This document shows positions 11,035 through 23,482 of a DNA stretch of 64,000 bases, piece by piece; the stretch's first letter is position 1; each line of letters begins with the position of its first letter. The stretch lies in contig JBHGNT010000022.1 in assembly GCA_043228905.1 (NCBI GenBank), positions 6,324,001 through 6,388,000 on the forward strand. Direction: 5' to 3'. Both the position numbers and the translations under genes were made by a program. The notes under the pieces were generated by a model that saw only the letters and a program-made list of their open reading frames with translations, searched no databases and was not told the origin of the DNA. Source of the stretch: Azolla caroliniana (taxonomy: Eukaryota; Plantae; Polypodiophyta).

Positions 11035-13880
11035 TCAAACCATAAGTGTGCGTGTCGAAGCCCGCTGTGGTGACGCTAGTTGTTGCAATTGCTCAATCCT
11101 ATAAGCATCCTCCATACGCCCAGCATTTCTCAAACCAAAGCAAATTGATCGATAAGTCCAATCATCAGGAGAGCAGCCAAATTGAGGCATCTCATGAAAA
11201 CACTCTAGAGCATCATTGATTCTATCTGTCCTAACCAATGCAGTAAGCATGGAATTGCAAACAACTACATTTACACACTTCCCAAGTTCTTTTAACTCCT
11301 TGAATATCTTCCAAGCTACTTCCACAAAGCCTGATCTTCCCAGTCCATCAATTAAACCACTATATGTATATGGATCAGGTCCACATCCCCTTGCTTCCAT
11401 GTCTTCAATCAGTTTATTTGTGTAATCGGGCATTCCCGCTTTTGCAAAGGCATGGATCAAACAATTGAATGTCACTGCATTTGGGAGGCATCCGACTTGC
11501 TCCATCTCTTGGAAATATGAGTACCCTTCCTCAAGTTTCCCTGCCTTAGCTAGGGAATCTATAAGTGAGCTATATCCAATTACATTGGGTTTGTAACCTT
11601 TTTCCTTCATTTCATTGAAATAGTGTACTGCTTCATCCACCTCACCAGACCTTCCCATTGCAGTGACAAGAGCTGTGTAAGTCACAACATCCACCACGCC
11701 AGGTTTCTCTTTAATCTTCTCAAATAAAGATTTAGCAGCAGCCAATTTATTTGCCTTGCCCAAGCTGTGTATAAGAATGGAAAACGTGTAAGAATCTGGA
11801 GACACACCTTCACGTCCCATCTGTTCAACAATGTAACTAGCTGCATCAATATGTCCTGACCTCCCAAGGGCTTTGAAGAGTGTATTGTATGTTATAAGAT
11901 TAGGCTTCACCCCAAAACTTCTCATATCTGTCCACACCTCATAAGCTTCATCAATAAGGTTTGCCCTTCCCAAAAGATTGATCAATGTACTAAATGTGAT
12001 CACATTTGGACTCACATTCTTCTTTTTCATAGCATTGTACAGCCTTAATGCCTCAGTGAGATTGTCATGTTTGCCTAGCATATCAATGAGGGTGTTATAT
12101 GTAGCAGCATTAGGTTGCACGCCTTTGCTCTCCATCTGTTCCAGAAGCTTCATGGCATCATCTAATCTATTTTCAAGTGCATAACCTTTCATGACAGCAT
12201 TGAAAAGTGTAGGTCGCATGGCACCTGATGTTGAAATTAGCTCCAATAACAATTTGTAAGCAACATCAACTTCGCCACTTTGTGACCAGGCAAAAATAAG
12301 ATCATCAAGAATACATGCATCTGGGACTCTTCCTAGCGATTTAAGTTCCATATACAGGCTGTACGCTTCTTTTGCATGTCCTGACTTGACAAGGCTCTGT
12401 ACTAGATTTTTAAAGACACTCATTGGAGAGCTTAAACCATAGCTTCTTGCTTCTTGTAAAAATTTGCATGCCTCTTCTATATGGCCTGCCTTACTGAGGC
12501 CAACAACCAAGGAAGTGTATATTGTTTTCTTATACATTCCTCCCATACCTTTCATTTGAACAAAAATATTATATGCGTCTTCTAAGAAACCAAGTCGTGT
12601 CAGTCCCTTTATGAGGTCATTTTGAGCCTCAACGGTGGGTAATTTATTTTCTTCTTTCATCTTTTTGAACTCAGAGTAAGCTTTATCGACCTTTCCTTGG
12701 TTGCAGAATGAAGTAATCAAAGCGCTCCGATGTAGAACCTCTTCTGAAATAATGTCATAAATGCCACTTTCACCTTTTTTAGAGGACTTTCCTGAGTTTT
12801 CGCCATTATCTTTTGAGTTTCCACCTGAAGTGCCTGCATCAAGGAAAAAAAAATAATAGTGAGTGAATGATGATGCTCATCTTAAGCTCTTTCAAGTCTG
12901 TCTAGCATATTACACATGGAATAAAGTATATCGACGGTTTCCTCAATGTAAGTTTCAACATGTAACAGGAGTGTATGCATTGAACAAAACCATCAACTTG
13001 CCCGGAGAAAAAAACAATAGAAAACCACATTCCACGTATAGCACTAGAAAAGTGTATATCTAGGATTCTTCATAAGGAAAACAATGAGACGAGAAACGCT
13101 TACTATATCTAGACCGCTGCTTAGTGAACGCTGCTGCAACTCTGGCAGCAATGTCTTCTCCTTCTGTATTTGACCCAGAAGAACCTCCGACACTAAGCAG
13201 AAAACTGGTTGTGGTAATATTCCGTTTCTGAAAGAATCTTTCAATACAGAGACCTCCTATGATATAAAAAACAAACAAACAACAATGAATAAAAGCATGG
13301 AATACCTTAGCCTGTGGCTCTGTGATCAGAAAATAGGAGCACATCAATGAGTAGAAGAGAAAAAAAAAAAGAATACTAATGAAAAGCTACTTACATCCAA
13401 GTAAGTTAAAAAGAAACCAGGTATGTAGTCAAATCTAAATCGATTGAAAACTTAAGAAATTTGCCACATATTCGTACAATTAACTTATGCAGATGTCAGA
13501 GAATGCCAACTCTTTACGATAATCTTTCACTTTCTCAATAGTTAATTGTTCGGAGATTCAAAAGCATGACGTAGTCACTTACGCGAACCTTTAAAAGTCA
13601 CTTTGATTGCAGCAATTATGCTAACCTTCAAATACTAATTGGATTGTAGCATTTATGCTGCGGTACCGAAACTTTAAAAACTGCATTTTCAGAGCTAGAG
13701 GAAGAAGGTCATGAATGCCCCTTCACCGAAAGAAGCTTAAAGGAATCCAACCATATTCGAAAGAAAACACACATTGATTCCAGAGAAGATTGACATACCG
13801 CAGAGAGAATCTGGATTCTGGGCACAGCATTTAGAGGAGCTTCGGCGCAGGAGGTCCAAAGTTCGCACGTGCGGAGACAT
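11035..13880 (-). CDS. P-class pentatricopeptide repeat protein, about 677 aa, about 16 motifs; exons 13880-13799, 13256-13104, 12833-11035
   Basis: Contiguous 35-aa motifs (e.g. VVTYTALVTAMGRSGEVDEAVHYFNEMKEKGYKPN). Two phase-1 GT-AG introns join in frame (82+153+1799 = 2034 nt). No E/DYW domain. Ser/Arg-rich N-terminus may be a targeting peptide. Exon 1 is less certain than exon 3. Confidence 0.9.
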
Positions 13881-13969
13881 AGTCAGAACTTCAGCGAAAG
13901 CTGAAACAAACCGTCGAAGAGAGAGAGAGACTTATGGAGCTCTGCTTCGTCCTGCCATGGAAGCTTGTC

Positions 13970-14272
13970 CAGACAGACAGACAGACAGACAGACAGAGGC
14001 AAAGAGCCCTAACGTGTGATTCGATTTCACACACACACACACACACATTCTCTCTCATATGTATGTTATGTACATACATATTTAGAGTTAGACAAATGGA
14101 ATGGAATGGAATGGGATAGGATAGGATGGAATGGGCGGGGGACACACATGGATTGATTGGCATCGGGTCCCACCAAACAAACAATGCAAAATCATCGATC
14201 AACTTCCAACTTTCCGTATGTATGTATACATACATACATATGTATATAGATAGATAGATAGATAGATAGATA
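13970..14272. repeat. Microsatellite cluster upstream of the PPR gene: (CAGA)n, (CA)n, (GAATG)n, (TACA)n, (GATA)n
   Basis: Directly visible. Confidence 0.9.
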
Positions 14273-15115
14273 TGTTTCTCCTCTTGTTTGTTGGGGTTGG
14301 CCGTTGTTTATAAATTTGTTTTCCATTTGTAACAACGCCGACTTTAGATTGTATAGTTGTCCCATTATGTATCCCAACAAATTTGAATTTGCAGTATTTC
14401 CTCATATTCCCCTATTTATGTCATGTCATGCAAGAGGATGATAGGGCGAGGTTGTAGAATTTCGTGAGCATTGCATAAAACACATGTAGTAAAGACCCTT
14501 TGTGACATTTGAATGAAGAAATCCCAAGGCGGGGTATATTTAGCCTCTTACATAAGGGCTATTTACTTGAGGCCTTTTGCTTTCCAAGCCCTCTCACATT
14601 TTGCTTTATTTGTGACCGTTATAACATCTCTTGGCAATATTCTATAGATTATTGTTAATTGCTCTCAAGTCTCTTATCACCAACCATATAAGTTATCCAG
14701 GGGTTTAAAGACTATTTTCACGTCTTTTAAAAATCATGTGTGGGTGTTTTTTTTATTTTTTAAAGGTTATTCATAGGTTTAATTTATTTATAGATTCTAA
14801 AGATTATTTATGGGTTTATCATTATGCATCCAAACAATAGTTATATATCACATTATGCATTGAAATTAATAACTTGTAGACATTAAAGGGCTCCTTTGTT
14901 AATTGAAGGAGTTAAAGATGTATTAATACACAAGCTCTCACCTTGCATTTTAGGGCTCGAAGAAATACACCATACACAAATTCGAGCAAACTAGAAGGCC
15001 CATGTTGTTACTAATGAATTTTGAAAACAATTTGCAAGAAAATCACCTCCAAGCACATCACAACGATTGTGTGTGAGGGTTTAGGGGAGAGTTTAATGTT
15101 TAGGGTTTCCTCCGT

Positions 15116-15834
15116 TGTCGGGTTATTCCGCGAGTACGTGTAGGATCCGAGGCGGGACCACGGGGGTCTTGGACTAGGGAGTAGAGGAGAAAGAATAAGA
15201 TATGATATGGAAGCTTAGCTCAAGAGGAGAAGAGGAAAGAATAAGACCATGACATAGAAGGAGAGATCAGTGGAGGCAAGATACTCAACAAGTTATATTA
15301 AAATAAACGAATGATTACAACAATGGTGGCTGCATGGGCTGTACCAAACGACTATGAGAAAACCCTAACCGAAGATGAATAAGGAAACCCTAACCCTAAA
15401 ACGGTAAGAACTCTAGACTAAGTGGTATACCTCTCATACGCAAAATAGGCAACCCCTTCAAAAGGGACCCCTCACTCCCTTTTATAGTGGTAAGGGGTGA
15501 GGCACAATACAATAGGAGTGGTCAATTCCCCTTTCATTCAAAGGAGAATATTTGCCCCAATCTCGAGATTGATGGGCCTTAACTCTCTCTCCTCTAACCA
15601 TCCTACTCAATGCCCATCACTCTTACACTCATTCTCTATGTACCTCCCTCTAGTCTACAAAGTGCACATCACATTTACACTTAACAACTTTGTAGAGCAC
15701 CTTAACTCCTTACACTTTACATTTGCTTATTTGTCCCTATGTTACAATTTCCCTAAGTTCATGTGCAATGTTACACATCTCCGTTTTCTCTATCCTGCTC
15801 GGTTTTCTCACCATGGACGAAAAACATCACGACC
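15116..15834 (-). repeat. Putative 3' LTR of a Gypsy-like element
   Basis: Minus strand begins (T)GTCGTGATGTTTT right after a G-run PPT, the same start as the sequence at 60158. TATA-like CTATAAAAGGG near 15483; ends CCCGACA. Confidence 0.55.
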
Positions 15835-17081
15835 CCCCACCAAACCGCACATCCACCAGTATGTGCCAAGAAAGGAGAAGAGGTGAGATTTTTGGCCATG
15901 GCGATAAAGCCGAGGCCCGTCGCATCCTCGTTGGCCTTGCTCGACTTTGTCTTCCATTTCGAGCACGCTCATCCCTTCCACACGAACCACCATAGCCTCC
16001 TGATCCGCCGTATCCGTTGTACGCCCCCGATCCGTCGGTTCCAACCAATCCACCACGTCTGTCGCGTGTACCCGAAACACCGACTCCATCTGATCCGCCA
16101 TGTCCGCTGCACGTGCCTTCTTCTTCGACTAGCCTTCCCGAACACCGTTGTCGATCCGGTCTCCCTTCCTTCGCTCGCCGTGCATGTCCTTCGGTTAGAC
16201 CCCCGATTACTTCGATTGCTCGCCGGATGCCACTCCTCGCGTATCGCGTGTGTTCCACCTCCGGCTCGACCTTCTCCTCGCCCCGAACACCTCGCCCCGA
16301 ACACCTCGTACCGACTCCCTTCGTTCCGTGCTCGCCTCCCATAGGCTCTTTCCGTGTGTCATCGTTGTCCTCCGAATACGCGCTCATTCTTTGACCCTTA
16401 GGCAACCCCATTCCGCACTCATTGCTTTTCCTTTGCTCGCCATGCTCTCTCGTCGTAGAGCGTACCGTCATCCCGACCTCCGTGTCGGTGTCCCTCGAGG
16501 CTCTTGTTACCGCCTCGCCTCGACTTGCGCCCTCTTGGCCCGCTTGGCCTTGCATGCCCTTCGGGAAACTGTTGTGTTTTCTCTTCCCAATGTGTACCCC
16601 GTTGTTCTCCGCACACCATCCTTCGCTCTCGCCGCCCATCCGCCGATCCTGGCATCTTGCCGCTTCGTCTCTCGCCGCGCTTTTGCCTCTCAAAGGCTCG
16701 ACTGGACTGCTATCACCGGTCACTCATTGTGGCTCTTCCGAATACATGCTTGTTTCTTGGCCCTCGAGCGGCCATAGTGCATGCTTCCCATTCCGCCCTT
16801 CACTCATCGTAGTCCCTATTAGAATATAAGTTAAATAATATTATTAATAATAAATATAATATAACTGCCCTCCCGGTGATAACACCAAGAAAGGCTTCTA
16901 ACTGCCTTATATGGCTATAAATAGGTCTCTAAGACCTATAGTTGTAATAGGACGATTTTAATACTGATTTACTTTACTTTACTTTCTCTCTCTCTCTCTC
17001 TCTCTCTCCCTCTCTCTCTCTCTTGCCTCTTCTCTTTTCATCTCTTCTCAACATGGTATCAGAGCATTAGGCTCTCTCCAA

Positions 17082-17172
17082 CCACCGTCCTCTTTCCTTT
17101 CTTTCTTCACAGCCAGTGCTCTTGCCACCACTGTCCTCTTTCCTTTCTTCCTTCACAGCCAATGCTCTTGCC
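17082..17172 (+). repeat. About 46-bp tandem duplication in the Copia 5' leader
   Basis: GTCCTCTTTCCTTTCTT.CTTCACAGCCA.TGCTCTTGCCA occurs twice. Confidence 0.85.
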
Positions 17173-17192
17173 ATTAGTTGATCCGGACAACT

Positions 17193-20100
17193 ATGGCACA
17201 ACATGCACATGGCACACCTAATTCGTCCATATCGACACCCAGCCCATCAACCCCAATACCAGGTTTTTCAACAATGCAAGGCACTACTCCGCTCGTCCCA
17301 ACCACTACGAGAAGTTACAACCTCGACAAACTCACGGGCCCCAACTACCTTACATGGGCCACACGGATGACATTGATGCTCAAACGAGCGGACCTGTGGA
17401 ACGTGGTAAGTGGCACAACCCAACCCACCGAAACCAATAACACCGAGTGGACGGCAAAAGATCTCCAAGCCCAAGCCGAACTCATGTTCCACCTTGGAGA
17501 CCCGCAAGTGCAAATGGTCCGACGTTGCGACACCTCAGCGGAAATTTGGAAAGTACTTCGAAGCACTTATCATCATGAAGATTTGATCACCCAAGTCGCA
17601 TCACTCAAAAAGCTCCTAATTTCCTCCGTCACGGAAAACCAAGAAATCACCAAATTTCTTGATGAATGGCGCATCTTACTCGACAATGCCCTCCTCTCGG
17701 AACTACAATTAGATTCAAATCTCCAAGCAATGTTACTCCTAGCGGCATTGCCCTCCTCTTGGCGACCATTTATAACCACTCAAGCATCAATGATGGGCCT
17801 CACCATCGAATCTCTTATGGCACGCATCTGCCAAGAAGAGATCATGCGAAATGGTGCTCATCACTCAAATGCAACATTTTCAACACCGTCGACGCAATAT
17901 GTGCAAAGACAACCTAACTTCAAAAGGGGACCTCCCTTTCGAAGGAACAACAACAACATGCAACCCGCCACCGCTTCAACAAAAGTTTGCACATATTGTG
18001 GACGCCATGGACATCTTGAACGTGAGTGCCGCACCAAGCTTCGTGAACAACTGAACCAATCACAACAACAACGTCCACAACCACATGGACAACATCCTAG
18101 AGCACACCTCCACCAACTAAATGTGCCCGAAGTTGGCCAATATGGTATGGAATCATTACAACTATTTACATCATTACTAAATAGTTCCAATTGTCTTTCC
18201 CACACCACAGATATATCCGAATGGCTACTCGACACTGGTGCAACTCACCACATGACGCCACAAAAGCATTGGCTCAGCGACTACAAACACCTCTCAAGTA
18301 CCATGCGAGTTTACCTCGGGAACAACCAATTCCTCACTGCCATTGGTGTCGGGAACCTTCACATCACCCTACCAAGTGGAGTAAACGTCAACATCTACAA
18401 TGTATATCACATTCCGGGTCTCAGCCGAAATATACTTTCGGTTACAACGGCTACCTCAACTGGATCTTCCATTGAGTTCTTCCATGACTCATGTATTATT
18501 CACTTCAAGCTCCCTAATGGACAATTTGAAATTATAAAACTACCTCAGAAGGACCGTTTGTATCCATTAGCTATATCTATGTCTAATCCTCACTCTATAA
18601 TTGGTCACACCTCTATCCATTCTCTTCACATGGCTAAAGCCGTGTCCACCCTTATGTGGCATTATAGGTTCGGTCACATAAATAGTGTCACACTACATCG
18701 CATGGTGAAAGATAAGCTTTGTGTCGGCTTACCACTCTATCTAAACCCAATAGAATTGTGTGAAGGTTGCATCTTAGGAAAATCTAGCCACAAAAGTCAC
18801 CAATCACTCAACAAATCCACACAATTGAACCAACTAGTACATAGTGACCTTTGTGGACCCATGGAATCGAGCTCACTCACGGGCTCCCATTATTTTCTCA
18901 CTTTCATTGATGATTTTAGCAGGTATACAACCATATACTTCCTCAAGAAAAAGTCTGAAGTGCTCACACACTTCAAAGAGCATTGCAACCTCGTAGTCCG
19001 TCAACATGATCTTCCAATCCAAGCACTTCGCTCCGACAATGGCGGAGAATATGGCTCAAATGCATTCGAGGCATTTTGTAAAGACGAGGGCATCCAACAA
19101 CAATTTACCGTTCCATACACGCCACAACAAAATGGTGTGTCCGAACGGAAGAATCGAACCCTTGTTGGCGCTGCTAGAGCCATGCTCCTTACGGCGGGAC
19201 TACCAAAAACCTATTGGGAAGAGGTGGTCGCGACAACATGCTATGTCCAAAATCGGGTTCCGCATGCAAACGACCCCAAAACTACACCATTTTTTCATTG
19301 GTTTGGCAAGCCACCCAATGTTCAACATCTTCGAATCTTTGGATGTGTAGCATACCCGGTGAAAGCTTTGGACTTGAGAAAGAAGTTGGACCCAACAAGC
19401 ATGCGAATGATCTTCGTGGGCTATGGTGACCGATTTGGCGTCAAAGCATACAGATTGTATGATCCGGAGCAACGAAAATTTCACCTCGCACACTCAGTAT
19501 ACTTCAATGAAACCTCTCTCCTTAGCCCCCAACAAGAAATCCACAACCCCATAACACCATTAACCCTACCATCCACCACACCAACCATTCCACTCTCCAC
19601 CCCAAAAAGACACACTCAAGTTGAATGGGAAGAAGTCTCACCACTCGCCCCACTCCCACCACAAACTCTCACTCCAATTGTCCCAACAACCACAACACCA
19701 CCAACGTTACATGTCCCCCCCACACCTACAACTCCAAAAGCCCCTCCTTGGTTCCTTGGACAGAAAACCAAATCCCTCCTATTCCCTATGCCTACAAATT
19801 CATCATTCCCTAGTAAACCCCTCCACTCATTTAAGAATACCACCACTACCAAACAACCAAACCCTAGTAGACCACTACATACAATTATACCAATAGAATC
19901 TACATATCAACCTTCTATCCTAGGACCAATCCCCAAGGCTCGTGCTCCCAAACCTTCGAAAGTCCGATCTTTGAAGGAGATCTACGAACAAACAAACCTC
20001 ACTTCTAGTATATTAGAAAAGCATCCATCACTAGACTCCACTATATTTGATCCCTTAGATATATTATATCAACAAATGATCCAAGATCCATCCACCGATC

Positions 20101-21698
20101 GTGATCTTCAATTACTAAATCTTGAATCTTTTGATGATGTCAATATATAGGAAGCACTCTCAGGAACTGAAGCCACTTCATGGTGTGAAGCCATGGACTC
20201 GGAGTACCAATCTCTCATGGAGAATGGTACATGGCAACTAGTACCACAACCGCCGGATCGAAAATTGGTATCATGCAAATGGCTACTTCGAAAGAAGTTT
20301 AATGCGGATGGCTCGATCTCGCGTTACAAAGCTCGACTTGTAGCACAAGGATTTTCACAAGTACCCGGTATGGACTACAACGAGACCTTTTCTCCCATCC
20401 TCCGGATGACCTCATTCCGAGCATTACTCGCCACTGCCGCACAACTTCATCTCCTCATCCATCAAATGGATGTTCGAACAACATTTCTACATGGAAACCT
20501 ACATGAAGAGATCTACATGGAGCAACCACCCGGTTATATATCTCAAGATTACCCAAACTATGTATGTAAATTAAACAAATCACTATACGGCCTAAAACAA
20601 TCACCACGACAATGGTATGAAAGATTTAACTCATGTATGTCAAACCTAGGATATGTTCGTTTTCAATCCGACCCTAATGTATATAGCCAAAATGGCCCTA
20701 ATGTAATACTCCTCCTAGCCATTTATGTAGATGATATCCTCATCCTATCCAACTCTGAAAACACACTATGTAAAGCAAAGAGTGAACTCCATGCATCATT
20801 CTCGATGCAAGATATGGGAGCCCTCCATTATTGCTTAGGTATCCAAGTTATTCAAGATCCCTCCCAAGGCATCATCCAAATAAACCAAAAATCCTACATT
20901 GAGTCACTCCTTAAGAAGTACAACATGTCCAAATGTAAAGGTATCGCAACTCCCCTACCAATCTCCCTTAAAACAAAAACATCAACCTCATCAATGACTC
21001 AAACATCGGATATGGTAGCATTTCCATATGCCAACATCCTTGGTGGAATTAGATACCTCGTCACATGTACAAGACCCGACATATGCTTTGCGGCTAACTT
21101 CTTATCTCGTTACATGCAGGCACCAAGTCCAATTCACACCCAACACTTGAAGCGCCTGTTAAGGTACCTTCAAGAAACTAAGGACTTCGGCATCACCTAC
21201 TCGGCATGTCAACCATTACCGACACCATACCTAACTTGCTACTCGGATGCCGATTGGGGGGGTGATGAAGACACATTACAATCGACATCGGGCTACGTCT
21301 ACCTCCTATCAAATGGTTCCATTTCATGGCAAAGCAAAAGGCAACAAAGAGTCACACTCTCATCAACGGAAGCAGAATATGTAGCAATGACATTGGCACT
21401 TAAAGAAGGAATTTGGCTAAAAGACTTCTTGAAGGAAACAACTCTATTTCCCGATCATCCACTTCTCTTTCAATGTGATAACATGTCAGCCATCATGCTC
21501 GCAAAAAATCTCAAACATTCCGAGCTAACAAAGCACATTGCCATGAAGCTACAATTTACGAGGGAACTACTACATGAAGGCAATATTCAAATAAGTCATG
21601 TGCGCACCGAACAACAATGGGCAGACTTCTTAACGAAGTCCACACAAAAATCAAAACATTACGAAAGTTGTAATAAACTAGGATTAAAAGCTACTTAG
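17193..21698 (+). pseudogene. Copia Gag-Pol polyprotein with a single in-frame TAG at 20148-20150
   Basis: CCHC CTYCGRHGHLEREC; protease LLDTGA; integrase HSDL, RSDNGGEY, SERKN; RT IYVDD; RNase H DADWG, EAEY, CDN. ORFs 17178-20150 and 20193-21698 are in the same frame. Confidence 0.92.
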
Positions 21699-21889
21699 TT
21701 AATATTATCTAACTTAGGGGGGTGTATTAGAATATAAGTTAAATAATATTATTAATAATAAATATAATATAACTGCCCTCCCGGTGATAACACCAAGAAA
21801 GGCTTCTAACTGCCTTATATGGCTATAAATAGGTCTCAAAGACCTATAGTTGTAATAGGACGATTTCAATACAGATTTACTTTACTTTA

Positions 21890-21933
<44 letters not shown>

Positions 21934-22603
21934 CCTCTTCTCTTTTCATCTCTTCTCAACAGTCCCGACCTCCGCGTCGGTCTCTTCGTCCTTCGTTGTC
22001 ATAGCCCCTTCTGACTTTGGCTTGCCGTCTTGGCCCCGCTCGACCGTCTTTCCGCATCGGATATCCGCTCCGGTCCCTGATTCCGCATTGGCCTCCAACT
22101 CCTCGCCGCCACCCGCCGTCTCTTTGGTCTTACGTTGATCCACAACCACCAAAGTCTCAAGAATAGGTGTGCAGGGTTCCTCTTGCTCTCGGCCTCTCAC
22201 TGATCCATACTCGTCGTGCCCGGTTAGCCTCCTTCTCGCTCTCACCGGCTCCCATCGTAACCGTAACCGGCCGGTAAGGAGTCGATCAAACAATCCCGGT
22301 CTTGCCAGCCTCTTTCGGTTTGGGCCCGGTTGACCGGCCCCCGCTTCACTCTTCTTCCGCTTCGTCTTCCGGTCGGGTCGGTCCCCGACTCTCTCCTCTT
22401 TGCCGCTCCCGACCTCTCCGTCGATCCTCTTGTATATGCCCGTTCCGGGCCTCGCATCCTCATCTTCGTACGTGCTCGCTCCGGGCCACGCCTCCTCACG
22501 GCCACCGCCCTTCTCTCCGGTCTTATGTTGGCATTCGAGCGCAACCGCCGTAGTCTCCGACCCCAGTGTCGAGGGGTCTTGCCTCCATCCACTACAATCT
22601 TCA

Positions 22604-23210
22604 TCGTTGTCTCGGTCGCCCGCCTTGCCGCCGCCACTGCCCGTGGCTCTAGGACTCACGCCGGCACTCGGGCCGGCCGCTAGAGCCTCTAGGACCGGTG
22701 CGGGTAAGGACCCGGCACCACCACTCGTTGTGTCCGTAGCCGCCTCCGTCCGGACGTCGTTGTCCGCGGCTACCCCGCCTCCGATCGCGCAAGCCTCGAT
22801 TACACTAGCCGATGTCTCTTCCATGTCGTCGTCTCGGTTGCCTGCCTTGCTGCTGCCACTGCCCGTCGCTCTAGGTCTCATACCGGCACTCGGGCCGGCC
22901 GCCGGAGCCTCTAGGACCGGTGTGGGTAAGGACCCGGCACCGCCGCTCGTTGTGTTTGTAGCCGCCTCTATCCGGACGTCGTTGTCCGCGGCTACCCCGC
23001 CTCCGATCGCGCAAGACTCGATTACGCTTTTCTCTCATTTTTGTGAATGAAAAACGAATTATGCCACCGCCGTCTCTTCCATGTCGTCGTCTCGGTTGCC
23101 CGCCTTGCCACCGCCACCGCCCGTCGCTCTAAGTCTCATGCCGGCACTCGGGCCGACCGCCGGAGCCTCTAGGACCGGTGTGTGTAAGGTCATGGCATCG
23201 CCGCTTGTCT
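22604..23210. repeat. GC-rich tandem repeat, 222-bp unit, about 2.6 copies
   Basis: Units start at 22604, 22826 and 23084; the second spacing is lengthened by 36 bp of AT-rich sequence. Confidence 0.9.
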
Positions 23211-23482
23211 CCTCCCCACTCGATGTTTCGGGTCGCCATGTCCTGAATCCGTAGTTATCGGCCTCCATGGTCGTCCCTTCACCACAAGGCAAGAGGGTCG
23301 CTTGCTTCGCACCCTCTCCCATGTCGCCATCGTACGCTCTCCTGGCCTCCGTATAGGGCCCCGTCTTCTATTCTTAGGGAGGCTTCTTCCTCCACATCCT
23401 TTGATTGTCTCCGGCCCGACTCCATATTAAGCCCCTCTATGACTTCGATCTTCGACTTCACGAACTCGTATGCCTCCCGTAT

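Larger units (their letters stand above)
16817..21961 (+). mobile_element. Near-intact Ty1/Copia LTR retrotransposon (5145 bp, short LTRs, Ale-like) with TA...CA termini
   Basis: 237-bp LTRs at 16817-17053 and 21725-21961 (4 differences counted by eye); TSD GTCCC 16812-16816 and 21962-21966; PBS TGGTATCAGAGC 17054-17065; PPT AGGGGGGTG before the 3' LTR. Confidence 0.97.
15835..23482 (-). mobile_element. GC-rich long 3' internal region of the putative Gypsy (15835-16816 plus 21962-23482), split by a Copia insertion
   Basis: Composition is continuous across the GTCCC TSD; abuts the PPT and LTR; contains 222-bp tandem repeats; no recognisable domain. Confidence 0.45.

Noticed and set aside
11035-12833. 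RNA-editing (PLS-E/DYW) PPR factor
   Set aside because: All motifs are 35-aa P-type and the protein ends without E or DYW domains.
15077-15402. Interstitial telomere (TTTAGGG / AAACCCTAA motifs)
   Set aside because: Only scattered single motifs in both orientations, not an array.
20148-20150. Programmed stop-codon readthrough
   Set aside because: The context TAG-GAA lacks a CARYYA-type signal, and a point mutation is simpler.
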